From the NCBI GenBank assembly GCA_022616055.1, contig JAKEFM010000240.1:5504-69503 (forward strand): a stretch of DNA of 64,000 nucleotides, written 5' to 3'. The DNA is from Planctomycetota bacterium (GTDB taxonomy: Bacteria; Planctomycetota; UBA1135; JAKEFM01). This document shows, one piece after another, positions 42,784 to 52,656 of this stretch (the first letter of the stretch is position 1; the number at the start of each line of letters is the position of its first letter). A program made the position numbers and the translations under genes. Below the pieces are notes generated by a model. It saw only the letters and a list, made by a program, of their open reading frames with translations, was not told where the DNA came from and made no database searches.

Positions 42784-44709
42784 GTGAGCCGCGCGGCGGG
42801 CCCGTTCCTCCGGGTCGCCCTCCCCCTCGCCGTCGCCCTCGCCGCGGTCCTCCCGTTCGCGTCCTCCCTCGGGAACGGATGGGTGAACTGGGACGACGAG
42901 AGGAACTTCCTCCAGAACCCCTCCTACCGCGGGCTCTCGCCCGACCACCTCCGATGGATGTTCACGACCTTCCACATGGGGCACTACCAGCCCCTCTCGT
43001 GGGCGACGCTCGGTCTCGACCATGTCCTCTGGGGGATGGACCCGGCCGGCTACCACGCGACGAACCTCCTCCTCCACGCGGCGAACGCGGCGCTCGCTTT
43101 CGCCCTCCTCCTCGCGCTCCAGCGCCGCGCGATCCCGGGGGACCGCCTTCCGCGCGAGGGGGCCCTGCGCCTTGCGGCGGCGGCCGGTTCCCTCCTCTTC
43201 GCGGTCCATCCCCTGCGCGTCGAGTCGGTCGCCTGGATCACCGAGCGGCGCGACCTCCTCTCGGCCTCCTTCGCGCTCCTCGCCCTCCTCGCCTACCTCC
43301 GGATGCAGGAGGAGTCCGCGGCCCGATGGCGCGTCCTCTCCCTCCTCGCCTACACCCTCTCCCTCCTCTCGAAGGCCTGGGGGGTGACCCTCCCGGCCTT
43401 CCTCCTCGTCCTCGACGTCTGGCCGCTGCGCCGCTTCGCGGGGAAGGAGCCGCCGCGGCGCGTCCTCCTGGAGAAGGCCCCCTATCTCCTCCTCGCCCTC
43501 GCCTGTGCCGCGCTCGCCCCCCTCGCACAGAAGGAGGCCGAGGCGATGCGCCCGCTTGCGAGCCACTCCCTCCTCGACCGGACGATGCAGGCCGCCTACG
43601 GCCTCGTCTTCTACGTCCGGAAGACCGTTCTTCCCCTCGGCCTTTCCCCCCTCTACGAGCTGCCCGATCCGCTCGACCCGAGGGAGCCCCGCTTCGTCGC
43701 GAGCGCCCTCGTCGTCGTCGCGGCCGCGGTCGCCCTGATCCGCTTCCGATGCCGCTTCCCTGTGCCCCTCGCCGCCGCGGCGTGCTACGCGATCGCGGTC
43801 TCCCCGGTCCTCGGCTTCCTGCAGAGCGGCCCGCAGCTCGTCGCCGACCGGTACTCCTACCTCTCCTGCCTTCCCTTCGCCGCCCTGGCCGCGGCGGGGC
43901 TGCTCCTCCTCGGTCGGCGCGCCCCCCTCGCGTCGGTCGCGGCCGGCAGCCTCTCCCTCCTCGTCCTCGGCTCCCTCGCGGCGCGCCAGACGCGGATCTG
44001 GAAGGACTCGGTCTCCCTCTGGGAGCACGCGACCTCCGTCGAGCCGACGAGCCCGATCGCGCAGGCGAACCTCGGCACCTCCTACGACGAGGCGGGCCGG
44101 ATCGCGGAGGCGATCGGCCGCTACCGGGCCGCCCTCGAGCTGCGCCCGGGCGACCTGAAGACGCGCCACAGCCTCGCCCTCGCCCACGCGAAGGGGGGGG
44201 AGTACGAGGAGGCGATCGGGGAATGGAAGCGCCTCCTCGATCTCCAGCCGCGCCACGCGGAGGCGCTCTACAGCCTCGGGCTCGCCTCCTTCCGGCTCGG
44301 CCGCTCCGAGGACGCGGTGGGGTTCTACCTGCGGGCGACGGAGGTCGATCCCGCCTACTCGACGGCGCGCAGCGCCCTCGCGGAGGCCTACTCGAGACAG
44401 TCCCGGACCGCGGAGGCGATCGCCGAGTGGGAGAAGGTCCTCGCGACCGATCCGGGCCACGCGGGGGCGCGCAACGGGCTCGGCCTCGCCCACCTCGCCG
44501 CGGGCCGGCTCCCGCAGGCCGAGGAGCAGTTCCGGGCGGCGCTCCGGGCGAAGCCCGACGACGCCGACTCCTGGAACAACCTCGGGGCCGTCCTCTCGCG
44601 CTCGAACCGGGAGGCGCAGGCGCTCGAGTGCTTCCGCCGCGCCCTCGCCACGGACCCCTCCCACCCCCTCGCCCGCGAGAACCTCCGCCGGCGGGGCGAG
44701 GCGCGGTGA
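42784..44709 (+). CDS. GT-C fold membrane glycosyltransferase (PMT_2/DUF1736, TMTC-like) with C-terminal TPR repeats (paralogue of 18728..20659)
   Basis: Multi-TM N-terminal half with loop motif FAVHPLRVESVAWITERRD. About 7 C-terminal TPRs. GTG start. Confidence 0.8.
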   Translation: MSRAAGPFLRVALPLAVALAAVLPFASSLGNGWVNWDDERNFLQNPSYRGLSPDHLRWMFTTFHMGHYQPLSWATLGLDHVLWGMDPAGYHATNLLLHAANAALAFALLLALQRRAIPGDRLPREGALRLAAAAGSLLFAVHPLRVESVAWITERRDLLSASFALLALLAYLRMQEESAARWRVLSLLAYTLSLLSKAWGVTLPAFLLVLDVWPLRRFAGKEPPRRVLLEKAPYLLLALACAALAPLAQKEAEAMRPLASHSLLDRTMQAAYGLVFYVRKTVLPLGLSPLYELPDPLDPREPRFVASALVVVAAAVALIRFRCRFPVPLAAAACYAIAVSPVLGFLQSGPQLVADRYSYLSCLPFAALAAAGLLLLGRRAPLASVAAGSLSLLVLGSLAARQTRIWKDSVSLWEHATSVEPTSPIAQANLGTSYDEAGRIAEAIGRYRAALELRPGDLKTRHSLALAHAKGGEYEEAIGEWKRLLDLQPRHAEALYSLGLASFRLGRSEDAVGFYLRATEVDPAYSTARSALAEAYSRQSRTAEAIAEWEKVLATDPGHAGARNGLGLAHLAAGRLPQAEEQFRAALRAKPDDADSWNNLGAVLSRSNREAQALECFRRALATDPSHPLARENLRRRGEAR

Positions 44710-44785
44710 CCCCGGGGCGTTTGCCCCTTCCCGCCGCGCGTGGGAAGATAGAAAGGCTCTTGAACGCCCGTTCGAAGAACTCCGC

Positions 44786-44995
44786 GTGAAGGTCGCCCGC
44801 CTCTGGATCGAGGAGGGGTGCATCTCCTGCAACCTCTGCGAGGACCTCGCGCCGGAGGTCTTCGCCGTGCCGGCCGGGGAGACGAGCCGCGTGAAGCCGG
44901 GCGCCGAGAAGTTCTTCGAGAACCTCTTCGCCCGGATCAAGGAGGCGGCCGACTCCTGTCCGGTCGAGGTGATCAAGACCGAGACCTCCTCCTGA
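44786..44995 (+). CDS. small ferredoxin (single Fe-S cluster type)
   Basis: 69 aa. CISCNLC...CP cysteine pattern (CxxCxxC + CP). GTG start. Confidence 0.75.
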   Translation: MKVARLWIEEGCISCNLCEDLAPEVFAVPAGETSRVKPGAEKFFENLFARIKEAADSCPVEVIKTETSS

Positions 44996-45056
44996 CGGCG
45001 CGCCTCGTTGCATCGCCGCGGGCGCGTCGATAGAACGCGGCGGCGATCCTCCCCGG

Positions 45057-46067
45057 ATGGAGCCCGGCCCGACCCTCTTGTCGTCCGCCGCCCCTCGCGC
45101 CCTCGCCCCGCTCCGCCGCGGCGAGCCGCTCAAGGTCGCCACGCGCGACGCCTACGGCAAGGCGCTCGCCCGCCTCGGCGAGTCGATGCCGCAGATCGTC
45201 GTCTTCGACGCCGACCTCTCCGGCTCCACGAAGACGTCGGTCTTCGCGAAGCGCTTCCCCGACCGGTTCTTCAACATGGGGGTGGCCGAGGCGAACATGA
45301 TCGGCCACGCGGCGGGGGCGGCGCTGATGGGGAAGGTCCCCTTCGCCTCCTCCTTCTCCATGTTCGCGACGGGGAAGGCGTGGGAGCAGGTGCGCCAGGC
45401 GGTCGCCGTCCCCTCCCTCAACGTCAAGATCGTCGCGAGCCACGCGGGCCTCACCGTCGGGGAGGACGGCGCCTCCCACCAGATGCTCGAGGACCTCGCC
45501 CTGATGCGCGTCCTGCCGGGGATGACCGTCGTCGTCCCCGCCGACGGCGTCGCGACCGAGAAGGCGATCGAGGCGGTTGCCCGGCGCGTCGGGCCCTGCT
45601 ACGTCCGGACCTCCCGCGCCTCGACCCCGGTCCTCTACGACGAGGCCCTCCCCTTCGAGATCGGGCGGGCCCTCACCCTCCGCGACGGGACCGACCTCAC
45701 GATCGCCGCCTGCGGCGTCGAGGTCGTCCACGCCCTCCGCGCGGCCGAGACGCTCTCCGCCGAGGGGATCGAGGCGCGCGTCCTCGACCTCCACACCCTC
45801 AAGCCGATCGACGAGGTGGCGATCGTCGCCGCCGCCGAGGAGACGGGCGCGATCCTCACGGTCGAGGAGCACCAGATCCTCGGTGGCTTCGGCAGCGCCA
45901 TCGCCGAGGTCGTCGTCCGCACGAAGCCGGTCCCGATGCGGCTCCTCGGGGTCGACGGGCGCTTCGGCCAGTCGGGGAAGGCGGAGGAGCTCCTCGAGGC
46001 CTACGGCCTCACCGCGTCCCACATCGCCTCGGCCGCCCGGGATCTCCTCCGACGGAAGCGCGCGTGA
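45057..46067 (+). CDS. transketolase, C-terminal (pyrimidine-binding plus C-terminal domain) subunit
   Basis: Motifs FNMGVAEANMIGHAAG, GEDGASHQ and the C-terminal domain TVEEH.ILGGFGS. Confidence 0.9.
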   Translation: MEPGPTLLSSAAPRALAPLRRGEPLKVATRDAYGKALARLGESMPQIVVFDADLSGSTKTSVFAKRFPDRFFNMGVAEANMIGHAAGAALMGKVPFASSFSMFATGKAWEQVRQAVAVPSLNVKIVASHAGLTVGEDGASHQMLEDLALMRVLPGMTVVVPADGVATEKAIEAVARRVGPCYVRTSRASTPVLYDEALPFEIGRALTLRDGTDLTIAACGVEVVHALRAAETLSAEGIEARVLDLHTLKPIDEVAIVAAAEETGAILTVEEHQILGGFGSAIAEVVVRTKPVPMRLLGVDGRFGQSGKAEELLEAYGLTASHIASAARDLLRRKRA

Positions 46068-46978
46068 TCGCCCCTTCCCTCACTCCCGAGCTGGAGCGCC
46101 TCCGGACCGAACTCCTCCGACCCGATCGCCGCCTCGCCCGGCCTCCCCTCGATCCCGAGCGCCTCCGTCGCGTCCGCCGCGCCGCGCACCAGATCCGCCT
46201 CGACGCGATCGAGATGACGCACGCGGCGACCTGCGGGCATCCGGGCGGCCCGCTCGGGATGGCCGAGATGATGGCCACCCTCTTCCTCGAGCACCTCGTC
46301 CTCGACCCGAAGAACCCCTCCTGGCCCGGCCGCGACCGCTTCGTCCTCTCGAACGGCCACACCTGCGCCGGCCTCTACTCGATCCTCTCCCAGCTCGGCT
46401 TCTTCCCCCGGACCCTCCTGCCGACCTTCCGGAAGCTCGGCTCTCCGCTCCAGGGGCACCCCCACCTCGGCGAGCTCCCCGGCGTCGAGATGGCGACGGG
46501 CTCCCTCGGCAACGGCGTCTCCGTCGCGGCGGGCATGGCGCTCCAGGCGAAGGCGAGCGGAATGCCCGTCCGCATCTACGCCTCGACGAGCGACGGGGAG
46601 AACCAGGAGGGGCAGCCCTGGGAGCAGGCGACCTCCTCCGTCCACTACGACCTCGACAACCTCTGCCTCCTCCTCGACTGGAACAACGTCCAGATCGACG
46701 GCCACGTCGAGGACGTGATGTCGGTCGGGGACCTCGCCGCGAAGTGGGCCTCCTTCGGCTGGTTCGTCCAGAAGGTCGACGGCCACGACGTCGCCGCCGT
46801 CCACGCCGCCCTCTCCCGGGCGAAGGAGGAGAAGGGGCGCCCCTCGATGATCGTCTGCAAGACGACGCTCGGCCGCGGGGTCTCCTACATGGAGAACAAC
46901 CCGAAGTTCCACGGCACCGCGCCGAGCGACGAGGAGTACGCGCAGGCGCTTCGCGAGCTCGGCCCGCTGCCGGCCTAG
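46064..46978 (+). CDS. transketolase, N-terminal (thiamine-diphosphate-binding) subunit
   Basis: GTG 46064 overlaps the upstream stop (GTGA). Motifs GHPGGPLG, SNGH, GSLGNG and SDGENQEGQPWE (GDG-type TPP motif). Confidence 0.9.
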   Translation: MIAPSLTPELERLRTELLRPDRRLARPPLDPERLRRVRRAAHQIRLDAIEMTHAATCGHPGGPLGMAEMMATLFLEHLVLDPKNPSWPGRDRFVLSNGHTCAGLYSILSQLGFFPRTLLPTFRKLGSPLQGHPHLGELPGVEMATGSLGNGVSVAAGMALQAKASGMPVRIYASTSDGENQEGQPWEQATSSVHYDLDNLCLLLDWNNVQIDGHVEDVMSVGDLAAKWASFGWFVQKVDGHDVAAVHAALSRAKEEKGRPSMIVCKTTLGRGVSYMENNPKFHGTAPSDEEYAQALRELGPLPA

Positions 46979-48750
46979 GGCACGACGAGGACGTCGAGCC
47001 TCTGCGTCATCGCGCCCGGCAGCGCGCCCGGTCCGGGGTCGGCGACGTACCACTGGAAGCGGGCGATCCCTCCGACGAGGCTCGCGTCGGGCGGGACCGG
47101 CGCGGGGAACACCCGGATTCCGGAACCGTTCGTCGGCGCCGCGAAGGCGACCTCCGGCAGCAGGAGGAGCGTGCATCCCGGCAGGCCGAGGGGACCCAAC
47201 CCGAGCGCGAGCGGCGAAGTCCCGATGAGGAGGAGCGTGTTCGCTCCGCCGAGCGCCCTCGACAGAGTCAGGCCGAACTCCGAGTTCCCCGGCGAGGGGC
47301 TCCCCCCCAACGTCTGGAGGAGAGGGACGGAGCCGCTCGTGCCCGGACACCCCGCCCCCGCGATACTCGATCCGCCGGGGATTCCGACCAGCGAGATCAC
47401 CGTCGCTCGCCCCGCGTCCACCAGCCCCGCGGGATCCGCCCCGGGGCTGCCCATGGCGAGGTCGGCGAAGCTGTCCGCGTTCACGTCCCCAGGGCCGGTC
47501 ACCGACAGACCGAGCCGATCTCCCGCACCGGTCCCGGAGAAGCTCGCGAGCACGCTCCCGCTCGAGCCCGAGAAGAGGCCCGCGCGGCCGGCGTCGATCG
47601 ATCCGGCCGGATCGGCGTCGGGAGCACCGGCGAGAAGATCCGGAACCGCGTCTCCGTCCGCGTCCCCCGTTCCCGCGACGGACCAGCCGAAGTGCTCTCC
47701 GAACGCGCCGCCGCCCACGACTAGGAGCTGGTTGCCCGTCGCGCCGGAGAACACGCGCGCCAACCCCGACCCGAGCCCGGCTCCCGGCCCGGCCGGATTC
47801 TCGTTGGGGGCCCCTATCAGGAGGTCGGGGACGCCGTCCCCGTCGATGTCCCCGCACCCGGCGACCGACGCGCCTCGCCACCCTCCATCCTGGATTCCAT
47901 TGAACGTGAAGAGGACCGCGCCGCTGGCACCGGAGAGCGCCACGGCCCGACCCGCGTCGCCGAGGGACGGGGGGTCAAAGAACGGATCGCCGATCAGGAC
48001 GTCGTCGGCGCCGTCCCCGTCGATGTCCCCGACCCCGGCCACGGAGTTGCTGTGCTGAACGGTTCCATCCAGTCCGAGGAAGCTGAAGAGAGTGGACCCG
48101 TTTGCGCCCGAGTGGACCCTCGCAAACCCGCAGCAGAAGAGCGGGGTATGGAACGAGGAGATCACATCCGCGAGCCCGTCGCCGTTTGCGTCGCCCGCTC
48201 CCGCCACCGCCTGCCCCAGGGGTTGCGTGGCCATCGCGGCGAACAGGAGGCCCCCGGTCAGTCCGGAGAAGACCTGCACCCTCGGCTGGGCGATCCCTCC
48301 GGCGCTACCAATCCCGGGTGAGCCGACGACGACGTCGGCGTGGCCGTCCGCGTCGACGTCCCCGGCGCCCGCTGAGGCGAAACCGAATCCGTCCGTCGGA
48401 GTCCCGCCGGAAAAGGTGAACAGCGTCGCGCCGGTCGCTCCCGAGTAGACGCGCACCTGGCCAGAGGCTGCGATAGTCGCGAAAGGGGCCGGATACGCCG
48501 AGACCACGAGGTCGGGGAGGCCGTCGGCGTCGACATCCCCACCTGCCGACACCACCTTCCCTTGTCCGGCGCCCGCTGCGGGCCCGTCGAAGGTGCAGAG
48601 GACGTACCCCTGGCCCTGGGCGAGCCCAGACGCCAGGAACATGACGAGAGGGACGGGACTAGCCGTCCACCACCGCAGGCGCGTGTGCTGCTCGATCCTC
48701 ACGAGCAAGGACCCGGAGCTTCCGAGTGCGACCCGGAGACGCAATGTCAT
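46975..48750 (-). CDS. secreted FG-GAP repeat protein (paralogue of 25968..27902)
   Basis: Repeats AGDVDADGHADVVVGSP, AGDANGDGLADVI, VGDIDGDGADDVLIGDP and others. Same C-terminal Cys-pair domain as the paralogue. ATG 48750 was chosen; the track start is 48789. Confidence 0.8.
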   Translation of the reverse strand: MTLRLRVALGSSGSLLVRIEQHTRLRWWTASPVPLVMFLASGLAQGQGYVLCTFDGPAAGAGQGKVVSAGGDVDADGLPDLVVSAYPAPFATIAASGQVRVYSGATGATLFTFSGGTPTDGFGFASAGAGDVDADGHADVVVGSPGIGSAGGIAQPRVQVFSGLTGGLLFAAMATQPLGQAVAGAGDANGDGLADVISSFHTPLFCCGFARVHSGANGSTLFSFLGLDGTVQHSNSVAGVGDIDGDGADDVLIGDPFFDPPSLGDAGRAVALSGASGAVLFTFNGIQDGGWRGASVAGCGDIDGDGVPDLLIGAPNENPAGPGAGLGSGLARVFSGATGNQLLVVGGGAFGEHFGWSVAGTGDADGDAVPDLLAGAPDADPAGSIDAGRAGLFSGSSGSVLASFSGTGAGDRLGLSVTGPGDVNADSFADLAMGSPGADPAGLVDAGRATVISLVGIPGGSSIAGAGCPGTSGSVPLLQTLGGSPSPGNSEFGLTLSRALGGANTLLLIGTSPLALGLGPLGLPGCTLLLLPEVAFAAPTNGSGIRVFPAPVPPDASLVGGIARFQWYVADPGPGALPGAMTQRLDVLVVP

Positions 48751-48901
48751 GCTAGTGGGGGGGGTACTGGGCGGTAACCGATGCATCAAGGCCTCTGGCG
48801 GCTCGAGGTCGCGCTCTTGGCGGAACCCCGGTCCGAAACTGCACTACACTGGGCCCTCACAAGCCCCGGGCCCACGTCCGGTCGGCCGGGAGGCTGGCTC
48901 G

Positions 48902-49573
48902 TTGAGGCCGAAGATCCTCCTCACCCTTCTGCTCGGCGGTTGCGCCGGGCTGACCGTGGTGGTGCTCTCGCTCCGGGCGTCCCGACTCGACACGACCATT
49001 CGAGGCGCCGTCTCCCCCGAACTCGGGGAGCCCAACCCCGACCTGACCGGCCGGGCCGTTCCGGCCCCTGCGGTCCCTCCTCTCCCCCCCTCGGCTCAAG
49101 TCCGCAAGCCGGCGACCTCCCTTACGGCCCGGGTCGCGCTCGGCGGATTCCTCCGCAAGGTCGTGTGGGAGCCCGACCGCGACGAGCCGATTCGCGAGGC
49201 GACGGTCCGAGTGGTGCTATCCACGTCGAACGGGACGGAGGAGGAGCTCGGGCGCTGCGTGACCGACGAGCGGGGCGCGTTCGCCCTCGAGGCCGACCTT
49301 CCTTATGGGCGTTTGCCGGCGGCGGTCCGGCTGAAGCCCGAGAAAGAGGGATGGGCCGAGGCCTGGCCCGTCTCGGGTCTGCCCCTGGCCATCGATGCCC
49401 TCCCCCACGCCAGGACCGACCTCGTCTGGCACATGACCCGGGCCGAGAACGTCGGTCCTCGAGAGGGCGCCTCGCCCGTCGAAGTGAGAACCGGCGACGG
49501 GAACAGGGCAAGGCCTCGTCATTCCTGCTCGACGGATGAGGGGTGTTTCTTCGGGCCGCCGAAGCCCCGCTGA
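48902..49573 (+). CDS. putative lipoprotein with CarboxypepD_reg-like domain
   Basis: In-frame TTG 48902 is preceded by GGGAGG at 8-nt spacing. Signal and lipobox MRPKILLTLLLGGC. ATVRVVLS...GRCVTDERGAFALEADLP beta-sandwich motif. The C-terminal tail looks odd, so both ends are uncertain. Confidence 0.5.
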   Translation: MRPKILLTLLLGGCAGLTVVVLSLRASRLDTTIRGAVSPELGEPNPDLTGRAVPAPAVPPLPPSAQVRKPATSLTARVALGGFLRKVVWEPDRDEPIREATVRVVLSTSNGTEEELGRCVTDERGAFALEADLPYGRLPAAVRLKPEKEGWAEAWPVSGLPLAIDALPHARTDLVWHMTRAENVGPREGASPVEVRTGDGNRARPRHSCSTDEGCFFGPPKPR

Positions 49574-49575
49574 AG

Positions 49576-49630
49576 AAGCGCAAGGAAGGCCTCCCCGGTC
49601 GACGGTGGGGCCAGAACTCCTGCGCTTTCG
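49576..49630 (+). terminator. candidate intrinsic terminator
   Basis: Starts 3 nt after the stop. Outer stem AAGCGCA(A)GGA / TCCTGCGCTT encloses an inner GGCC(T)CCCC / GGGGCC stem. It ends in TTTC. Confidence 0.35.
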
Positions 49631-49771
49631 GGGTCACCGGCGCGGCTTCGTTCGGATCGCCGCGAGTCTGGTCAGGAATCCGAATCCCTCCACCCGCCCG
49701 ACACTCTCTCGGGGCGCGAGCCCCATCCGACAGGAAGAGGCGGGCTAGGATGGAGCCGCGCGGCCCAGGCC

Positions 49772-51259
49772 ATGTCGAAGGCGGTCCTCGTCTCGGCACT
49801 CCTCGCGGGCGGGGCGCTCCTGCTCGCCGCGACTCTCCTCGGGCCCTCGCGCGCGCCGGAACCCGGCGCGCCCTCTTCGCCCTCCTCGCCGCTCGTCGCG
49901 GAGCCCCCGGAGGAGCCTCCCTCTCCCGCGGCTCCGACTCGTGACGCGCCTTCACCGGCCGACGTCGCGGAGGCGCCGCCTTCCCCTCGCGCGTCGGTCC
50001 GAGAGAGACCGCCCGTCCCCCACGGCACGGTGCGGCTTTCCGGGCATGTCCGAGTGGGAGCATCGGAGCGGAATCGAGGGGAGCCCGTGCCCGACGCCGT
50101 CGTGCGTCTCGTCCCCGACAGCACCCGGCCGTACGGCTTCCTCGCCGCCCTGATGGTGCTGGAGTCGGCGGGCGAGTCTCGCGGCCTGACCTCCTTGTCC
50201 CCGGGGAAGGATCTCGGCCGCGCGGTCACGGATGAGAACGGTCGGTTCGACCTGGAGACGCGGCTTCCGGTCCTTCCCCTTCCCATGTTCGCGAACCTGG
50301 TCGCGGAGAAGGCCGGATGGAGCGACGTCTCCTACCCCGGAGGGAACCTCGAGGTCCAGCCGCCGCTCGAGCGAAACGATCTCATCGGCTACCTCGTCCC
50401 TTCCCTCGTGCTGAAGGGAGCCGTGACGGACGCGGCGACGGGTTTCGCGATCGCCGGAGCCCGCATCGAGGCTTCCCCCTCGGGGCATCCGGGGCGAGAC
50501 CCGGGGCCGCTCCCCGAGGCCCGCGGAACGACGGCCGACTTGGCCGGGAGGTTCCGGCTCGAGCTGGGCGGCGCGAGGGAGGCGGACCTCCGCGTCTCCG
50601 CCGACGGATTCCTCGAGGGGCTCGTCCGCGTCGTCCGGGGGAGCGTCCCCGCCGACCTGCGCATCGCCCTGGCCCGGCAGGAGGATCTCCCCTCGATCGA
50701 AGGGAGCGTCACCTACGTCCGCGGACTCCCTTGTCCGGAGGCGCGATTCTCCCTCGACCTCCTCCGTCCTCTGGACGAATCGAGCCGAGACCCCCGAGCC
50801 AGCAGTTTCCCGGCGTCCCTCCAGTCCATCTGGGAGGTGGTGCGACGCGAGGATCACCGCGCAGGTCCGGACGGGGCGTTCCGCATCCTCCTTCCTTGCG
50901 GCGGCACCTGGATGGTCAAGGCTCGCTGCGGCGGCTTCGGCGGGAAGAAGGTCGTCGACGTTGCCGCAAGGGGGGCGACCTCCTGCCAGGTCGCGCTCGA
51001 CGAGGACTGCCGCATCCGCGTGCGCGTGGTCGACGGGGCGGGCATGCCCGTGGTCGCGAACGTCTACCTGGAACGAGGGGGCACGCTCTCCGGATCCACC
51101 ACGGTCGCCGGCGCCGTCGAGATCGGGGGCGTCCCGATCGGGGAGGAGATCCGGATCTACGCGGAACGGGAGGGGCGTCGGTCGAGGGAGGTGAGGGCCG
51201 CCCCGCGCCCGGGCGGGGAGGTGTTCGACGTCGGCACGCTGGAGATCCCGCCGCCGTAG
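49772..51259 (+). CDS. membrane-anchored protein with CarboxypepD_reg-like repeats
   Basis: ATG start. TM/signal helix VLVSALLAGGALLLAATLL. Pro-rich linker. Several ..G.V.D...G..(I/V).GA.(V/I)....(T/D).(E/D).G.F.L modules. Confidence 0.7.
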   Translation: MSKAVLVSALLAGGALLLAATLLGPSRAPEPGAPSSPSSPLVAEPPEEPPSPAAPTRDAPSPADVAEAPPSPRASVRERPPVPHGTVRLSGHVRVGASERNRGEPVPDAVVRLVPDSTRPYGFLAALMVLESAGESRGLTSLSPGKDLGRAVTDENGRFDLETRLPVLPLPMFANLVAEKAGWSDVSYPGGNLEVQPPLERNDLIGYLVPSLVLKGAVTDAATGFAIAGARIEASPSGHPGRDPGPLPEARGTTADLAGRFRLELGGAREADLRVSADGFLEGLVRVVRGSVPADLRIALARQEDLPSIEGSVTYVRGLPCPEARFSLDLLRPLDESSRDPRASSFPASLQSIWEVVRREDHRAGPDGAFRILLPCGGTWMVKARCGGFGGKKVVDVAARGATSCQVALDEDCRIRVRVVDGAGMPVVANVYLERGGTLSGSTTVAGAVEIGGVPIGEEIRIYAEREGRRSREVRAAPRPGGEVFDVGTLEIPPP

Positions 51260-51337
51260 CGGGCCGCGCTCGTCCGGCGGCCGAGGTAAGGCGGGCCCGC
51301 GGGCGCGTCGATACCATGTGCGGCCCGAGACGCCCGC

Positions 51338-52648
51338 ATGACTCTCCGAAGCCCCCTCGCGATGTTCGCCGGCTCGATGGTCCTCGCCGCGGGGACCGCC
51401 TTCGTCGTCGCCCGGGCGACCGCCCCCGCGACCGTCGACGACGAGCTGCAGCACGAGGCGGCCGTCTACGCCCGGATCCGCAACCTGATCCTCGAGGACT
51501 ACGTCGACGAGATCGAGCCCCGCCAGATCCTCTACAACGCCCTCCACGGGATGCTCGAGGGGCTCGACCCCTACTCGCGCTTCTACGAGCCGGAGGAGAC
51601 GCGCGGCCTGGAGGAGGAGACCAGCGGGCGCTTCGCGGGGATCGGGATCGTGATCGAGCCGGGCTCCCCGCCGATCACGGTCGCCTTCCCCCAGCCCGAC
51701 TCCCCCGCGGAGAAGGCGGGGCTCCAGGTCGGGGACCGGATCGTCGAGATCGACGGCCACCCCGTCGAGGAGGCCGACCCCGACCAGGTGCGCGACCGCA
51801 TCCGCGGCGAGGAGGGGACCGAGGTCCGGCTCGCCGTGCTCCCGGCGGCGGGCGGACCGCGCCGGGAGGTCTCCGTCCGGCGCGAGGTGATGCGGGACAC
51901 GAGCGTCTCCCTCGCGCACATGCTCGATGCCGAGCGCGGGCTCGGCTACCTCTGGATCTCCTCCTTCTCGGACGAGACCGTCGAGGAGTTCGACGCGGCG
52001 ATGGAGGCGCTGCGGCGCCGGGGGCTGAAGGGGCTCGTCCTCGACCTGCGGTTCAACCCCGGGGGCGTGCTGAAGGCGGCCGTCGCGATCGCGAACCGGT
52101 TCGTCCGGGAGGGGCTCATCGTCGAGACGCGCGGTCGCTCGGACGACGCCTGGGAGGTGAAGAAGGCCGACCCGGACGAGGTCCGCCACGAGGGCCTCCC
52201 GGTCGTCCTCCTCCAGAACGGGTCGACCGCCTCGGCTTCCGAGGTCCTCGCCGGCGCGCTCCAGGACCACCGCGCGGCGGTCCTCCTCGGCGAGCCCTCC
52301 TTCGGGAAGGGCTTCGTCCAGTCGATCCGCGCGATCGACGACGAGTTCGGCGCCGTCAAGCTGACGACGGCCCGGTACTTCACCCCCCTCGGCCGCACGT
52401 TCGAGCGGACCGAGGAACGGCGCACGGGGGGGATCGAGCCCGACGTCATCGTCGAGGTCGCCGAGCGGGCGGAGCGGGCGCTGCGCAACCACCTCGAGCG
52501 CTACGAGATCCCCGACCGGTACCGGGAGGAGGTCGAGGCTCGCCGCCGGCGCCGCGGCGTGGAGGAGAAGCCTCCGCCCGACCCGCAGCTCGACGCGGCC
52601 CTCGCGCTGCTGCGGGGGGAGTCCCCCCGCCCGCGCCGGATCCGCTGA
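51338..52648 (+). CDS. ctp: carboxyl-terminal processing protease (S41 family)
   Basis: PDZ segment (AGLQVGDRIVEIDG), S41 catalytic region NGSTASASEVLAGALQD and FGKG, plus an N-terminal TM anchor. Confidence 0.9.
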   Translation: MTLRSPLAMFAGSMVLAAGTAFVVARATAPATVDDELQHEAAVYARIRNLILEDYVDEIEPRQILYNALHGMLEGLDPYSRFYEPEETRGLEEETSGRFAGIGIVIEPGSPPITVAFPQPDSPAEKAGLQVGDRIVEIDGHPVEEADPDQVRDRIRGEEGTEVRLAVLPAAGGPRREVSVRREVMRDTSVSLAHMLDAERGLGYLWISSFSDETVEEFDAAMEALRRRGLKGLVLDLRFNPGGVLKAAVAIANRFVREGLIVETRGRSDDAWEVKKADPDEVRHEGLPVVLLQNGSTASASEVLAGALQDHRAAVLLGEPSFGKGFVQSIRAIDDEFGAVKLTTARYFTPLGRTFERTEERRTGGIEPDVIVEVAERAERALRNHLERYEIPDRYREEVEARRRRRGVEEKPPPDPQLDAALALLRGESPRPRRIR

Positions 52649-52656
52649 CCGGGGCC

